From Octopus sinensis (lineage: Eukaryota), in assembly GCF_006345805.1 (NCBI RefSeq), contig NC_043006.1, forward strand, positions 86,862,001-86,926,000: DNA of 64,000 bases. Reading direction: 5' to 3'. The notes under the pieces are model-generated. The model had not been told where the DNA came from. It ran no database searches and was given only the letters and a program-made list of their open reading frames with translations. Positions 11,191-25,191 of this stretch are shown here, piece by piece (within the stretch, counting starts at the first letter, position 1; each line of letters starts with the position of its first letter). The position numbers and the translations under genes are program-made.

Positions 11191-11742
11191 ATGCCCTGAT
11201 GCAATGCCAGGCAGTGGCTCTCGTGGCTTCGGATCTTAACTGATTGGAAGTGTTATCATGTACATTTTGTCTTGGTATAAAAGAGGGGCTACAGCAAATA
11301 TTCTGCTCAATACCACAGATTTGCTTGTCAGTTGCTTGACCATAACCAGCTGAGCATGTCCCATAGTGGCTGACAATATATTCATCTCTGTTCATGAGCA
11401 GAAGTAGTGGGGAAGCATTATAACCATGTGTTGAGAGGAATTCATTGGGGTTTGGATAATTCACCTCTGGAAATATGGGTGTTTCGTTCATCATCTTTTA
11501 AACAACTTCATTCACAAACCTTTTGAATGGGATGGGTTACTCTATCTGAAGAAAATTCTAACTGGGTTCCACTTGCAAGATCATGCACTGTTTATCTTGA
11601 TATGAGATAACTATGTCCTGTGCATATGGTTGTAATGCATGTGACTGATGTACCCTTTCAGATGGGTAGTTATGATGAGTATACTGGGCTTCATATATTT
11701 TACCCTAGTATCACTTTGATGGTATGCACTGCTCTCTCAATC
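11191..11742. mobile_element. Copy 4 of the 556-bp element, inverted relative to copies 1-3 and flanked by (AAT)n
   Basis: Starts atgccctgatgcaatgccaggcagtggctctc, the reverse complement of the copy-1 right end. Ends gcactgctctctcaatc followed by aataataat. Confidence 0.85.
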
Positions 11743-12728
11743 AATAATAATAATAATTATTATTATTATCATTATTATCATCATTATTTCATTATTTGCC
11801 ACCAGAATTATGGATGAGGAGGAAATCATAAAGACATACATAGTATGGAGATTTATAAAGAAAACTCAAAAGAAAGAAATAAAAATATGAAATACAAGTA
11901 AACATGGTATACAAATAATAGATGATCATGCTGTACTCCTGGTATAACAGGATCTCTGTCTAGGAACCCTGTTGATCCTAGATCACCCTGATCACTAAGA
12001 GTGCTCCACTCTGTATATCATTTACTGGCTTAGAGGCTTATGCTTAGAGTAGTTCCATCTACTCTTACCAATCTTTATTGAATGCATTCAAAGACAGCAC
12101 CTTCTAACCTCACTTTCCTTTTTGAAGTGAAATTTGAAAAAGTTGATATGAACTCTATCAAAGAAGAAAATTTCTATCCTTAAACCTTTCGACCCTGTCT
12201 ACCCAACAACCTCTTTTACAATAGCCATTGGACAGAAGAAAATTGCCAAGATAAAGGAGGGTGGAATGGCAACCTTCAATAAATTTGATTGGCAGCTGGA
12301 TTCAACATTGGGTGTTTGATACGATAACACAAGTCAGCAATACCTGGACACTGAATGCATGCATATAGAATGGTTAATCACTCTACACACATCTCAGACA
12401 GACCTGTTGACAAGTGGAATTAGAAAAGCTAAGTGCTGCTCCTAATACTTTCAACTTCAAGTGTGAAGTTGACAATAAAACCTGTTTTCAGTTGGATAAA
12501 AATGGTTAACAGAGTCATATTGTACCTTGGCCAAAGACAAAAAACAAAAGCCATTGCAAGCTTTGAACTCATGAGTAAATGGTCCTTAATCCATCAAGTT
12601 TCTTGAATCAAATGTTTCTCAGCGGAGTACTTTTATCTGTTTCTAACCATTTCATCTAGAAATCATTTTACTTGAATATAAAAGAACATTTCGAAACTTT
12701 TATAGTGTGAATAAATGCACTATATATA

Positions 12729-12802
<74 letters not shown>

Positions 12803-12934
12803 GCATGAATATTTATGTATAAATTTGTATTTTTCCCTTGGTTTTTATGTGCTAAGCCACTTGGTGTTAAATTGATGGTATTATTAAATTAATATCAAAT
12901 TTTTCACCCTCATTTATGAATATATATATCACAC

Positions 12935-13155
12935 CATCATAATCACCATCTGTTTTCCATGCTAGTTTGGGTTGGATGGTTTGACGAGAACTGGTAAGAC
13001 TAGGGACTGCATTATCTGCTCTAAGGCTAGATGCCCTTCCAAATGTTAACCACTTTACGAAGTGTATGGGGTGCTGTTTATGTGGCATCAGCACCAGTGC
13101 TTTTTACTTGGCACCAACACTGATATCAATTCTGCTGTGGTGGACAGGTCTTATG
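12935..13155 (-). mobile_element. RTE-LINE 3' tail fragment
   Basis: ttttccatgctagtttgggttggatggtttgac...gatgcccttcc is the reverse complement of the tail of the RTE at 42260-43885. Confidence 0.65.
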
Positions 13156-13192
<37 letters not shown>

Positions 13193-14849
13193 CCAATTTA
13201 AATGAATAAATTTAGAGACCAAACATTCTGTGAGATTCTTACAGTATTGAGAAAATTTGAAGAGCAAAATTAAAAAATAACTGGGATGCTAAGGATGAAA
13301 GGGTTACCAAATTTTAAAATATCATTATAAATACAGATGAACAGATAAAGTTTGCATAATCCATAAACAGAAATCAATATTTTGAAAATGTTTATTGCAG
13401 AAGTTGTAAAGCAAGAGGTAAGCTCCTGGTGAGTGGAATTGGCAATATTTTTTCAATTGTTGATTAAACCATTTTACATCACTTATTCTGCAAGTGGCAT
13501 ATATAAAAGCATTCTTGCCAAAACATTGCATTCTGTTTCACCATTAAATTATACAGTCTTGCTGCTCATTCCAAAGAAAACATTATTTTGGAGATATTTG
13601 AACTTCTAAAAGCTTCAACTATCATTAAAGATTTTTAACAGCTGTGCAACTGATGCACAAATGATTAACGCTTGGAGTGTAATAAAGTGACAGCAGATAT
13701 GAGGACAGGATATAATTCAACCCCATTAGACTGTAAATGTGTACAAATTGCCTCTTTTGTATTCATCCTCATTATCTAATTAATTGAATCTAGCATCACA
13801 GACACACACATTTATATGCACATATACACAGATAAATATGTAAACAACGATAGATTTATGCATAGATGTGAGCATAAATGAATTTCTGTTCATGTTAAAT
13901 ATCATTCACACACATACACACATGTTTGCATGAATGATTATACATGTGCTCTCCATGTAGTTCATGCATGCATTGGCACAAACAAGTGCCTTCTTATATA
14001 TGTTTGTACTTATTTATACATTCAAACATACATGCACACACACACACATATTGATTCTTTACATGTACAGAATCTTTGTTTAGGTTTGTTGTATTGAGAA
14101 TGAGCAATTATGAGCTGAGGCCTTGTTCTCAAGGGTTGGTGGAATATTTGGAAACCACACAGCCATTCACTAATGTGATTTCATCTAAATACACAAGTAC
14201 ATCTATCCTTTTAGTAGGGATATATAAACTATCTCCCCAGTGAAGCAACAGCAGCTTTGTAGCTACAGCGATCAACTATTTATTGATCCATTTATACATG
14301 GAATGTAAAAGATTCTATAGGTCTTTTGTAGATTGTGTTCTTATGTAACTGTTCGTTTATAATATGCCCATCTTCCTATTCATGCACGTACACACACACA
14401 CAATGTATAGACACAGGTAAAACATATTTCTAATTCAAAGCTGCAGTATCCTTCAATGGGTGATAAATAAGGATAGTCTTCAAGTAAAAGCATGGTGATG
14501 ATCAATATCAGCAGGAATTAGATTCAGAATTAAAACAAAGAGATGATGCATACAGATACTCAATGAGCTGAATGAGAGGCTCATATCTTGTATAATGAGA
14601 TGGCTCTGACCTTACTAGAATAAATAGAAAAGATAGACACCATTTCAGCTTTTTTGTATATGTACAATATACTCTCCTTTCATTTTAACTTTCAAATAAA
14701 CAAATAGAAAAGGCATAAACTTTACAAGCCACAGTGTAAGTGATCCATCTAAGAAAGCAGTAACTCTGAACAAAGAAAAATATATCTAATACAGTGTAGA
14801 GGGGGCTTTTTAACTTTTTAACCCTGCATTATCTTTTATCTTCTCTGTT

Positions 14850-15043
14850 ATTTTTTTTACTTGTTTCAGTCAAAAGACTGTGGCCATGCTGGGGCATTGT
14901 CTTGAAGAATTTTTAAACAAATGAATTGACTCTAGTACATATTTTTTAATTCTGATAGTTAGACTCACCAACACTGGTTATCAAGTAGTGCTGGGGGATA
15001 AACAGAAACACTCACACAGTCACACACACACACACACACACAC

Positions 15044-15074
<31 letters not shown>

Positions 15075-15076
15075 CA

Positions 15077-15108
<32 letters not shown>

Positions 15109-15549
15109 ATTTATATATACAATAACAAAGACAGCTATATGCAATATAAAACCAAAACGAAAAATTCAATAGTCACTAGTTGTGACTGAGGGTACCGGGT
15201 AGCACTTATATTGCTAGAAATAAGTGTTAAAACAGAGTTACAAGAAGGCACATTTTCATATACTGACCTGGGAGATAACTGCCCCATAAGCAAAGCTAGA
15301 TCACTAGACTAGACTAGTCTTGCCTGAAAAATTACAAGCTCATCAGTAGTGACCACTCCATGCACACACGCACACACACACACACACAAGGCTTCTTTCA
15401 GTTTCCATCTACCAAATTCACTCACAAGAATTTGGTTGGCCTGACACTGTAGTATAAGACATTTTCCCAAGGTACCATATAGTGGGAATGAAACTAGAAC
15501 CCTGTGGTTGAGATACAACCTTCTTACCACACAGCTACACCTGCACCTA
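14850..15549 (-). mobile_element. SINE family A, split by microsatellites and an insertion
   Basis: The tail (ttacttgtttcagtc) lies at about 14850-15020 and the head (ttcagtttccatctaccaaattcactcacaag...cacacagct) at 15388-15549. Confidence 0.65.
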
Positions 15550-16820
15550 ATTCTTTTGCATTGAAGGCAGGATAAAATGCTTTCAATCCATGATGTAAAA
15601 GTGACTGATATGATAAATAGGACATCCAGTCATAAAAATCATGTCAAAAGAGAAAGAAACAATGCCATGAACATTAATAGATATTAGTGATTTTCTCCGT
15701 TGTTGTGTGTGTGTGGGGGGGGGGAATGATGAATGATCACGACAGGTGGTGAGATGCTCTTAGACATGCTCAACACATGTAACCATGGAGAAACACATGT
15801 AAAACAATGATGATGATGATGACAAGGATGATGGCATTAACAAGGTAGAGGTGGTGGATGAAGAGGAGTAGGAGGTAAAGGTGGAGGTGGTGATGATGAT
15901 GATGTGTGATTAGCCTTATTGAATTTACATGAGAATGTTGAGATGTTCACATCTTTCCCTGGAGCATTAGCAACGCAAGTCATCTAAAATGGCAAGAGTA
16001 ACAAATGAAAAATAGGTCATGCTCTCCAGAGATTACCATTATTTAGTTACAATGGATTGGTGAAAGTTAATTTGTGGACTTAGAAATTGGTAGTTAGAAA
16101 GCTGTAGTCATTCAAAGAATATGCCATAAATTATGACACAAATATTTGAATTAGTGGAGCCATTAATCATTGTAAAAAACATAAAAACTATGGCATAATG
16201 ACAATTTATCAAATTCATGAAAACTTAGAACATCAGTTTGTTATGTTGATGGAGATTATTGTTATGGCTATGAAGATGGTGATAATAGTGCAGTGATTGA
16301 GAAATATTAATATAGCTTGAAGAAGAGATAGATTAGAACACATAGTCAGATGCATTAGAAAAAATATCTAGATATGTTAAAGTAAAAGACTGTAAAGTTG
16401 GAGTTGATGAAAAAATAAAGGGTAAATTTCATGCGACCCAATTCTATTGACTTTTGTTTAATCTAATTTTCATGGCCCACTCAGAAGAAGAAGATCAGGC
16501 TCAAAATCCTTTCACAAGGCTTTTTCCCAAGGGACAAAAATATGATCAGATTACAACAGAATGAACACTGCTAAAGTTACCTAAAGATCAGATGGCAGTT
16601 TTAAACTTGGGTATCAATAATATCTACCACTTAAGAACAATAATGGTTGCACTGGAGGGCTTCCACAAAGTTTGTCTTCCAAATTTCATTCACAAAATTT
16701 TGGCCAACCTCAGTCTATGGTAGACGACACTTAACTAAATGAGGTGGTAAGTGGAACCAAGCCAATAATTGTAGACATTTGAAACTAATTTATTAACTAC
16801 ACAGCCATGCTTATATATAT

Positions 16821-16865
<45 letters not shown>

Positions 16866-17354
16866 GGCCTCAGTTTTCTGCTAAGAACAGTATTCATTTT
16901 GTTCCCCAGATTTAAATATCTATGTCTATGTAATAAATGAACAGTAGAATATTTTCATTAAGAAATTTTTCACTGCTAGATGAATAGACATGCCCAAACC
17001 CAACCCTATTTTACAAAAAGTGAGCAATGAACCAAACAAAGGAAGAGAGCCTTGCTCAATGGATACAATTCAATAATTGTAACTATGTTTACGCTGTTCA
17101 TTTTTGTGGCCAATATAGCTGCATTTTAACCATTTCAACTGCTGAAATTCATTATCTTAAATAAATTAGTCAGAAGAGACAGAGGTTCTCCTAGAATGCT
17201 GAAAGGGAGGAAGTTGACATACAAGCAGAACATCTGTTGGTTAGTATTCATGGGAAACATGTTGGTGGGGTAGTAGTGAGATAGGTAGCTTGGTTGGAAT
17301 GCTTGCACTAGAAAAAATGTTAGAGTTATTCAAGGACCAAATAGTAAGAGTTTG

Positions 17355-17972
17355 AGGCCAGCGAAATTTTTTCTCTCACAAGAGTTCTGGACCCCAGTTA
17401 TGAATTCATTTGCATACAGCCATTCAAAGCTCAATTATCAAGCTAATTTATGAGTGCATAAATGATGGCCTATAAGATAAGGTCACTTGGGTAAGGAATG
17501 ACCCTGCTTCTTTTCTCTTTTAATAATCCTTGTTGTTCTTGTTCTTGTTTCAACGATGGCTGCCTCTGCATAGTTATTTGTGTTGTTGTTTACTTTATAA
17601 AACAGTAGGGGAGAGGGTTGCTACCCACATTTTTCCCATCCACATTTTTAACATATGGGACCTTAACAAAATCTGCTAAGTATAGATGCAAATCTATCTA
17701 ATTACTTGTCTCCTTCTAAAATCAGGCATAACTTGGAGATCAGCTGACTTATAACACCGTTCTTCATACTCTTTTTACTCTTTTACTTGTTTCAGTCACT
17801 TGACTGTGGCCATGCTGGAGCACCGCCTTTAGTCGACCAAATCAACCCCAGGACTTATTCTATCGGTCTCTTTTGCTGACCCGCTAAGTTACGGGGACGT
17901 AAACACAGCAGCATCAGTTGTCAAGTGATGTTGGGGGCTGTCAAACATAGACACACAAACATACACAAACAC

Positions 17973-18025
<53 letters not shown>

Positions 18026-18681
18026 TATGACAGGCTTCTTTCAGTTTCTGTCTACCAAATCCACTCACAAGGCTTTGGTCAACCTGAGGTTATAGTAGAA
18101 GACACTTGCCCAAGATACCACACAGTGGGACTGAACCTGGAACCATGTGGTTGGTAAGCAAGCTACTTACCACACACCCACTCTTATGCCTAATAGGAGT
18201 TTACTTGAGTTTACTTGGTAGAGTGTGTTTTAACAAGAGATTGGTTGTTTTTAACACATTCATGAATGTTATGTTGGGCTTTGCATCTAGGCATAATCTG
18301 AGAGCTGAGTGGCACCTTTCCTTTCACACTTTTCAAACAATCCTTCAATGGTCTGCCAGCACCAATGCGGTTTCTGCCACTACTAACCATCTTTCTCCTT
18401 GATGCTGCAGTTGGTTGCACACCAATTATCTTCCTACTGACTAGAGGTTTTTGGTAATTCAAACTTACAGCCAACCAGCGTATGTGTTCAGTATCGATAA
18501 TATTGGCATCTGAATGAGAGCACAATACAAGATTCGCATGGCAATCAGAGGTTGCCATTTTGAATGCTAACCTTTGTTAACTTTACAACAAGGTCAAGGT
18601 GAGCTCTGATAGGCTGTATGCAAATGAGTTCATTACTGGGGTCCAGAACTCCTGTGAGAAGAATATTTTCACGTGGGGCCT
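17355..18681. mobile_element. Old TIR DNA-transposon-like element with ~80-bp inverted ends, interrupted by a SINE
   Basis: 17355-17432 and 18601-18681 are diverged inverted repeats sharing ctcaca(a/g)gagttctggaccccagt..atgaa.tcatttgcatacagcc. Confidence 0.55.
17767..18191 (-). mobile_element. SINE family A, full length
   Basis: Reverse complement of the 29116-29525 type, with an internal (TA)n and an (AAAAGAGT) tail. Confidence 0.9.
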
Positions 18682-19229
18682 GTTACCCACAAAATAATGA
18701 TAAAATGCCTAATGGAGTTATATTTGTTATATTTTCTTGACCAATGACCTTTAGACAGATATTTTGAATGACTTCTTTTTGTTTGAGAGAGAAAAAGCGA
18801 ATGAAGAAACACTGGAGTGATGGACATATTAGTCTTTTGCATGAAGTTATTTTCATAATAATCAGTTATCTGCCGTTTTCACCTTTAAAATTATATAAAA
18901 AAAATGTTATTGCATTATTGAAGTTACTATAGATGATGATGATGATAATGAACTCTTTTTCCCAATAATTAATTAACACAATCTTACACCATCTATATTC
19001 ATATTTAGACACTGGCTCTCCAGTGTATTGATCTTAGATAACAAGATAATAGCAGATTTGTCAACAGACATTGGCTTCAGTTGTTAACAACATTGAAATA
19101 TTTTCTCTCTCTATTAATAAATTGATTTAAATAATTGAATCTTGTTGTTATTTTGTACTTAGAAAGTAAATATCCCACCCACTGCTGAAGATGTTCATGT
19201 TTATATATGAGTAGTAACATACACACATA

Positions 19230-19275
19230 TGCACATGCGTGTGTGTATGCACATATATATACACACACACACATT

Positions 19276-19319
<44 letters not shown>

Positions 19320-19443
19320 CATACACATATATGTATATATATATATATATACATACACATATATGTATATATATATATATGTACATACACATATATGTAT
19401 ATACATATATATACATACACATATATGTATATATACATACACA

Positions 19444-19493
<50 letters not shown>

Positions 19494-19615
19494 CACATAT
19501 GTATATATATATATATATACACATATACATACATACACATATATATATATATATATATAATACACATATATGTATATATACATATATATACATACACATA
19601 TATGTATATATACAT

Positions 19616-19668
<53 letters not shown>

Positions 19669-19740
19669 TACATACACACATTTACATGCACACACATATT
19701 TATATACATATACCCACACTTGTGTGTGTGTATGTTCAGT
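19230..19740. repeat. Compound (TA)n/(TACA) repeat with a recurring ACATACACATATATGTATATAT unit
   Basis: Read directly from the sequence. It explains the cluster of YI-repeat ORFs at 19148-19856. Confidence 0.95.
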
Positions 19741-19810
19741 TATATAAAAATAATTTCACATTAATATGGGGAGTTACTCAACGACTTTTGCAGTATACAA
19801 ATTTATTCTT

Positions 19811-19911
19811 AAACAAAAATATTGTCAACAGCGACTTTGAAGTTTCAGTCGGTTAAGCCATCATTGGACAATGGCTTAACTTCAAAGTCACTGTCAATAA
19901 TATTCTTGTTT
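19811..19911. repeat. ~100-bp imperfect palindrome
   Basis: aaacaaaaatattgtcaacagcgactttgaag...ttaagccat / atggcttaacttcaaagtcactgtcaataatattcttgttt. Confidence 0.75.
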
Positions 19912-21732
19912 AACTATACACACACACACACATAACATTATATGTGTATCTGTATGTACATATTAGTGTATAAATAATATAATTGTATATTAAACATTTG
20001 TGTAAGTATGAAACTGTTTGTACTGAATATATATTTCTACATGTGTATGTAAATATAAGTTTACATGTAGCTGTTTATGTAAATTTATATATGCATATAT
20101 GTATGTCTGTAAGTATGCATGTGAGCACGTATGCATATATAAATATCTATTAAACATATTTATTATATTTATATGTAATGTGAATATTATTTTTATAATT
20201 TGCAAGTATAGGGTTGTATCAGTGTGTGTCTGCATATATCTTAGTGCATAAACACACGTGAGTGTCTGTAAGTGAGTGTAGGCATAAATAATTACATAGG
20301 CATATATTACAAGTGTGAAAGTGTGTAGAAGAACGTATGTAGTAGCATTTACTCTTTCTTTACACACCTATAAACCATAATGCAAATATGAATATATATA
20401 AAAATGTACGAGAGAGAGCTATATATTTTTATGTATTCATTTCTCTGTTTGTATGTGCATGTAAGTTTGAATGTATATACATTAAATTATTGATAAACAG
20501 AGAAGGAAATATCTATGTATGTGTCAAAATGAATACTTTTCACATGAAACATAATTTACTAATAATTTCATAAACATCTAAGTTTGGTTTAAATTAATGC
20601 TGTAAGTGTGTGTGTATGTATGTATGTGAATGTGTATGTATGCATGTATGTAGATTTTCTTCTATTTTTGATTATTTGAATTCTTTCTGTATGGAAGGAG
20701 CTGGCTTCTAACAAAGATACAAAGCTCTAGCACTGGAATATAGATAACAAAAATAATGTCACTTCTTGAACTTGATAAAAGTCTTGCATATTTTTAGTTC
20801 TGCTGATTGATTGTATTTGTAATGTGTATGTATGTTAACTGGTTGATTTCTTTTTCTGAAAACCCTAGCTTTTTCATATTGTCACATGGACATTTAGTAA
20901 CAAAACCAAGTACACCAGTTATTAATTAGTATAAGTGTGAATTTATAAGCTAGGTATAGAAGCTGAAGGTTTCTAAGCAGCTGTCTAAAGTTATCCTCTC
21001 TCTCCCTTTGGATACATAGTTTTCCTTGTCTCTCTTCTGTTATGTTCACACTTGGCAGAAGTTCTGATGTGACTGTCCCATCAATATCCCTTGTGTTGAT
21101 ATTTATTCAGTACTTTATAGCAGGAGACTTTGTACATTTATTCCAAACCACGCCCTTCTTCTCTAAGCTCTGTCTTAGCCGAGTGGTTTTTTTAGTCTTG
21201 CAAATTATATGATAACCTCACTAGTGCTGATGCCATGAAAGAAAAAAAAAAAAACTAAAAAAAAAACCCCACCTAGAACATAATTTAAAGAAGTTGATCT
21301 TAAAAAGGGCTTCAAGCAATAAAAACCCTACAAGATGAGAGATACTGGAGCAAGATATACTCCTCTGATTTATTGGATCATGTTTAAATATCCAACCTAA
21401 ACCAGTTTGAAAAGTGGACATGAAATGATGTATTAACATCATTCAATGGTCTGCCTACACCAATGCAGATGATGATATGACATATATGTATACACACACA
21501 CAAATATATATGACATCATTATCATAATCATCATTTAACATCTACTTTACCATGCTGGCATGGGTTGGATGGTTCAACAAGAATAGATAAGCCAACCTCG
21601 GTGGAATTTGAACTCAAATGGATGAAATGCAGCTAAGCATTTTGCCCAGCATGCTAACGGTTCTGTCAGTTCACCACCTTAATAATAATAATAATGGTAA
21701 TAATGATAATCATTATAATTATTAATTATAAT

Positions 21733-21950
21733 GAGGTGAGCTAGCAGAATCCATAGCATGCTGGGCAAAATACTTAACAGCATTTGTTCTGTCCTTATGT
21801 TCTTAGTTCAAATTCTGCTGAGGTCGACTTTGCCTTTCATTGCTTTGGAGTCGATGAAATAAGTACCAGTTAAGCACTGGGGTCAATGTAATTGACTAGC
21901 TCCCACCCTCAAACTTTCAGGCCTTGTGCCTATTGTAGAAAGGATTATTA
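21733..21950 (+). mobile_element. SINE family B, (ATT)n-tailed. A partial inverted head lies at 21598-21680
   Basis: Contains ggtcgactttgcctttcat and ends gtagaaaggattattatt. Confidence 0.8.
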
Positions 21951-22439
21951 TTATTATTATTGGCCTTAGTAGGAAATTCTCCTGTATCAGGAGGACTGTA
22001 TCATATATTTTGTGTACCATGTATACTTGATAACTTATCTTCATTTCTTCCCCTCGTCTTTTTCTGCAAATCCCCATATAAATTTAAAATTGTCCTTGTA
22101 ATGCTGCCCTCATCTGTTGTCCCTGCAGCAAATAAGTCATAAATATCACTGTTACTGCCGTTATTATCAGTCAACTAGTTAATTAATTAACTAATATATT
22201 GTTTGATCAATCATTTGAGGAATCAATAATCTGATTCATTGAAATCCTTTCATCAGCGTCTGTGATCTTGATGACGATATGCTCTCATCTGATCTTCTGA
22301 GATTGGGACAAAAAAAAAAAAATGATAAGGATATTTCATCAATAAAGTCACAGATCACTGACTGTAATGAAGGAACTCTAATGGACCAACTGATTGATGA
22401 TCAAACCATTAATCAAGCAATATATTCATTAATTTGTTA

Positions 22440-23170
22440 ATTACATCAACTAATAATTATAAGAAGTGAAATGCAACCAACCCATGTGATTTTGTTAGTA
22501 AAATGACTGTTCTAAAATACAGCAACATCTGTTTCAACACATGATATCACATCAAGATACTTGAAAATTACAATGTAACAAGATTATCATGAAAATATTG
22601 AAATTTTTCAATCAATATACAAAAGAGAACTGGAAAAGATTCGTAGACAATTGCTTTAATCTATGAAATGAAAGCACAGAGAAATTAAATGAATTTAAAA
22701 TATGACTTAATGTAATCAGTAATAACATTCAATTCACTATGGAATAGTCAAGAGAAACCAAGTTTTTAGATAGTTTAATAATGATATTCAACAACTGAAT
22801 TGAAACAGACATATAATACAGATCTACAGGCTCGAAGCAATATCTACTCTTTACTGCATGTCACACAAAACACTCTAAAACAAATATTCCTTTCAATCTA
22901 GCCAAGAGGATATGACAGTTGAGTTGGACAGAAATACACATAAAATCCAACTTCAAGAGCTTAAAGATATATGACAGACACTATTCAGCTGTGTTAATAG
23001 ATGATGGTATACAGTTTGCCAAGACAATTGATGTCCAAATACTTATAGAAATAAAACAAAACAACACACCAGAATCGAATATGATACCATATGACTTTAG
23101 TCACTGTCCTATAAACTTCAGGAGCAACCTAGATTATTCTTAAAAATGTACCAATACTGCAAAGATTAAA
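22440..23170 (+). mobile_element. Degenerate Penelope-like element RT fragment
   Basis: Frameshifted reads give KENWKRFVDNCF (YLDD box), NNIQFTME, ETDI...STGSKQYLL, KTNIPFNLA.RI and LIDDGIQFAKTIDVQIL. These match the Penelope RT thumb motifs TDIYYKPTDSKQYL and NIPYNLARRI. Confidence 0.75.
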
Positions 23171-23250
23171 CAGACTCTCCAAACACATATACATATAAAA
23201 AAAAAATGAAAACTTGAAATCATTAAAGAGAGTATGGACATATTGTTGTC

Positions 23251-23610
23251 TTTAACTGTTTCAGTATTTGGACTACACTACAGCTCTACTGGGGCACTGC
23301 CTTGCTGTGGGTTTTTAAACTCTCATTCTTATTTTATCGGCCTCTTTTGCCAAGCCATTAAGTTACAGTAACATAAACAAACCAACAGTGGTTGTCAAAC
23401 AGTGGAGATAGGGACAAACACAAAGACACATGCATGAACACACACAAACATATACACAAAAGGTTTGCTCACGGTCCCTGTCTAAGGCATTGGACAGCCT
23501 GGTCCTGTAGTAAAAGGCACTTGCCAAAGATGCCATGCAGTGAGACTGAACCCAAAACTATTTGTGTGCAAATCAAGCTTCTCAGCCACACAGCAATGTT
23601 TGTGCCTATG
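23251..23610 (-). mobile_element. Degenerate SINE family A
   Basis: Recognisable tail, core (ttattttatcggcctcttttgcc) and head (cagccacacagc). Confidence 0.6.
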
Positions 23611-24559
23611 CCATATCATATTCAATAGCAATAGAACTAATAGTGAAAAATGTGGGCAACTTAGCGGTAGAATGTGTCTTAACTTCTCTGAAAGCAATGA
23701 ATGCCATAAAAATTTTACTTTACTTCTGGAAACCTAATTTGTATAATAATTTGTTTGGTATGTGTAGAGAATTATATAGTCAAACAGGAATAAACTTTAA
23801 AAAAGAACAAATGACACTGCACTGCGAGCAAATTCAATTTCCAGGCTACAGACAACTATCTCTGTGAACATATAACTATATGCACTGATAATCAGCAATG
23901 GAATTTTAAAACTTTCTTGTATATTGCTATACAGAACATTTAAACAATAGCAGATCAATAAGATGTCTCCTTTCATTGAAAAACAACAACTGGATTTAAA
24001 TAAGCACATTTAATTAATATATATTTAGTAATATTGTTATTATTAGCTCCCCTGTTACTGTTAACAGTATCTATTTATCAAATTATAACATCATCAAGGA
24101 CAAAATCATGAATATCTTTAAAAAGGTGAAATCAGTTGATTACATGTACATTTCATTTGTATCAAAGTTTTATTGAAGCATTCAATGAATCTTTGTTTCT
24201 ATTTCATTAATATATTCACACACAGACACACATATGTATGCATACATATATGTATGCATACACACACACACACATAATATATAGAGAGAAGGAGACAGAT
24301 ATTCAGAGAGGATGAGTTATGTGATAAATCTGATTTAATCTTATTTTTAATATTTCAACAACCAGCTCGATCAATATTTTCAACAAAGTTTAACTCAGCT
24401 GGGCCATAGATCTCACATTCAGTTAATACAGCAAACAAAAAACATTTCTAATCACATTTTAGTAAGTTATGGTCTGTTGTGCCTGAAAAGCAATCGATAG
24501 GATTTTTCAAACCAATTTCTAATACTTCACATACACACACATATGTGTGTTATATATAT

Positions 24560-24868
24560 ATCACCGTGATCACCATGACTAACCAGGCTATCAGATGTTG
24601 CTACACATCGCTGGTCACAATGCACTTCACATTGTTTTAGCTTTTAATGATGCCACCCCACTTGCTAAGCGAGCAGGCCAACAGAAGAAAGAGTGAGAGA
24701 AAGTTGTGGTGAAAGAGTACAGCAGGGATCGCCACCATCCCCTGCCATAGCCTCGTGGAGCTTTAGGTGTTTTCCTTCAATAAACACTCACAACGCTCGG
24801 TCTGGGAATCAAAACCGCGATCCTACGACTGTGAGTCCACTGCTCTAACCACTGGGCTATTGCGCCTC

Positions 24869-24870
<2 letters not shown>
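24560..24870 (-). mobile_element. tRNA-headed SINE family C (short-tail form)
   Basis: The minus-strand head GGAGGCGCAATAGCCCAGTGGTTAGAGCAG...GGTTTTGATTCC has A-box and B-box motifs. A homologue lies at 62258-62566. Confidence 0.85.
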
Positions 24871-24942
<72 letters not shown>

Positions 24943-25191
24943 TGCACACAAACACACAAATATCACCTCATAGATATTTTCTTAAATAGATAAGCCCTTA
25001 AAATTTAACTGGTTTCTTAACATCTCACTTCAGTTATTCTGTTCCATCAATGGTAACATGTCTGAGATAACCTTGGATTGTATCCTACCAGCCACAAAAC
25101 AACACAATGTTCCATCTCACCATATCTAAGACTACCTTTCTCTCATGTTAAGAATGTACACACACAAACACATATGTATGCACAGGTCTTT

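Noticed and set aside
13320-13600. piggyBac-transposase-like words (FNQQLKKY..SPGAYL)
   Set aside because: This is a single weak motif with no neighbouring DDD-domain motifs or TIRs.
16150-16450. Mutator-like transposase words (YVDGD)
   Set aside because: Too short and degenerate to support a call.
19077-19856. Cluster of long ORFs (up to 205 aa)
   Set aside because: These are translations of (TA)n/(TACA)n repeats that are open in many frames on both strands. They are not genes.
24790-24870. tRNA-like sequences at SINE heads (also 48487, 62490, 29116)
   Set aside because: A/B boxes are present but there is no complete cloverleaf, and they continue into SINE bodies. They are not tRNA genes.
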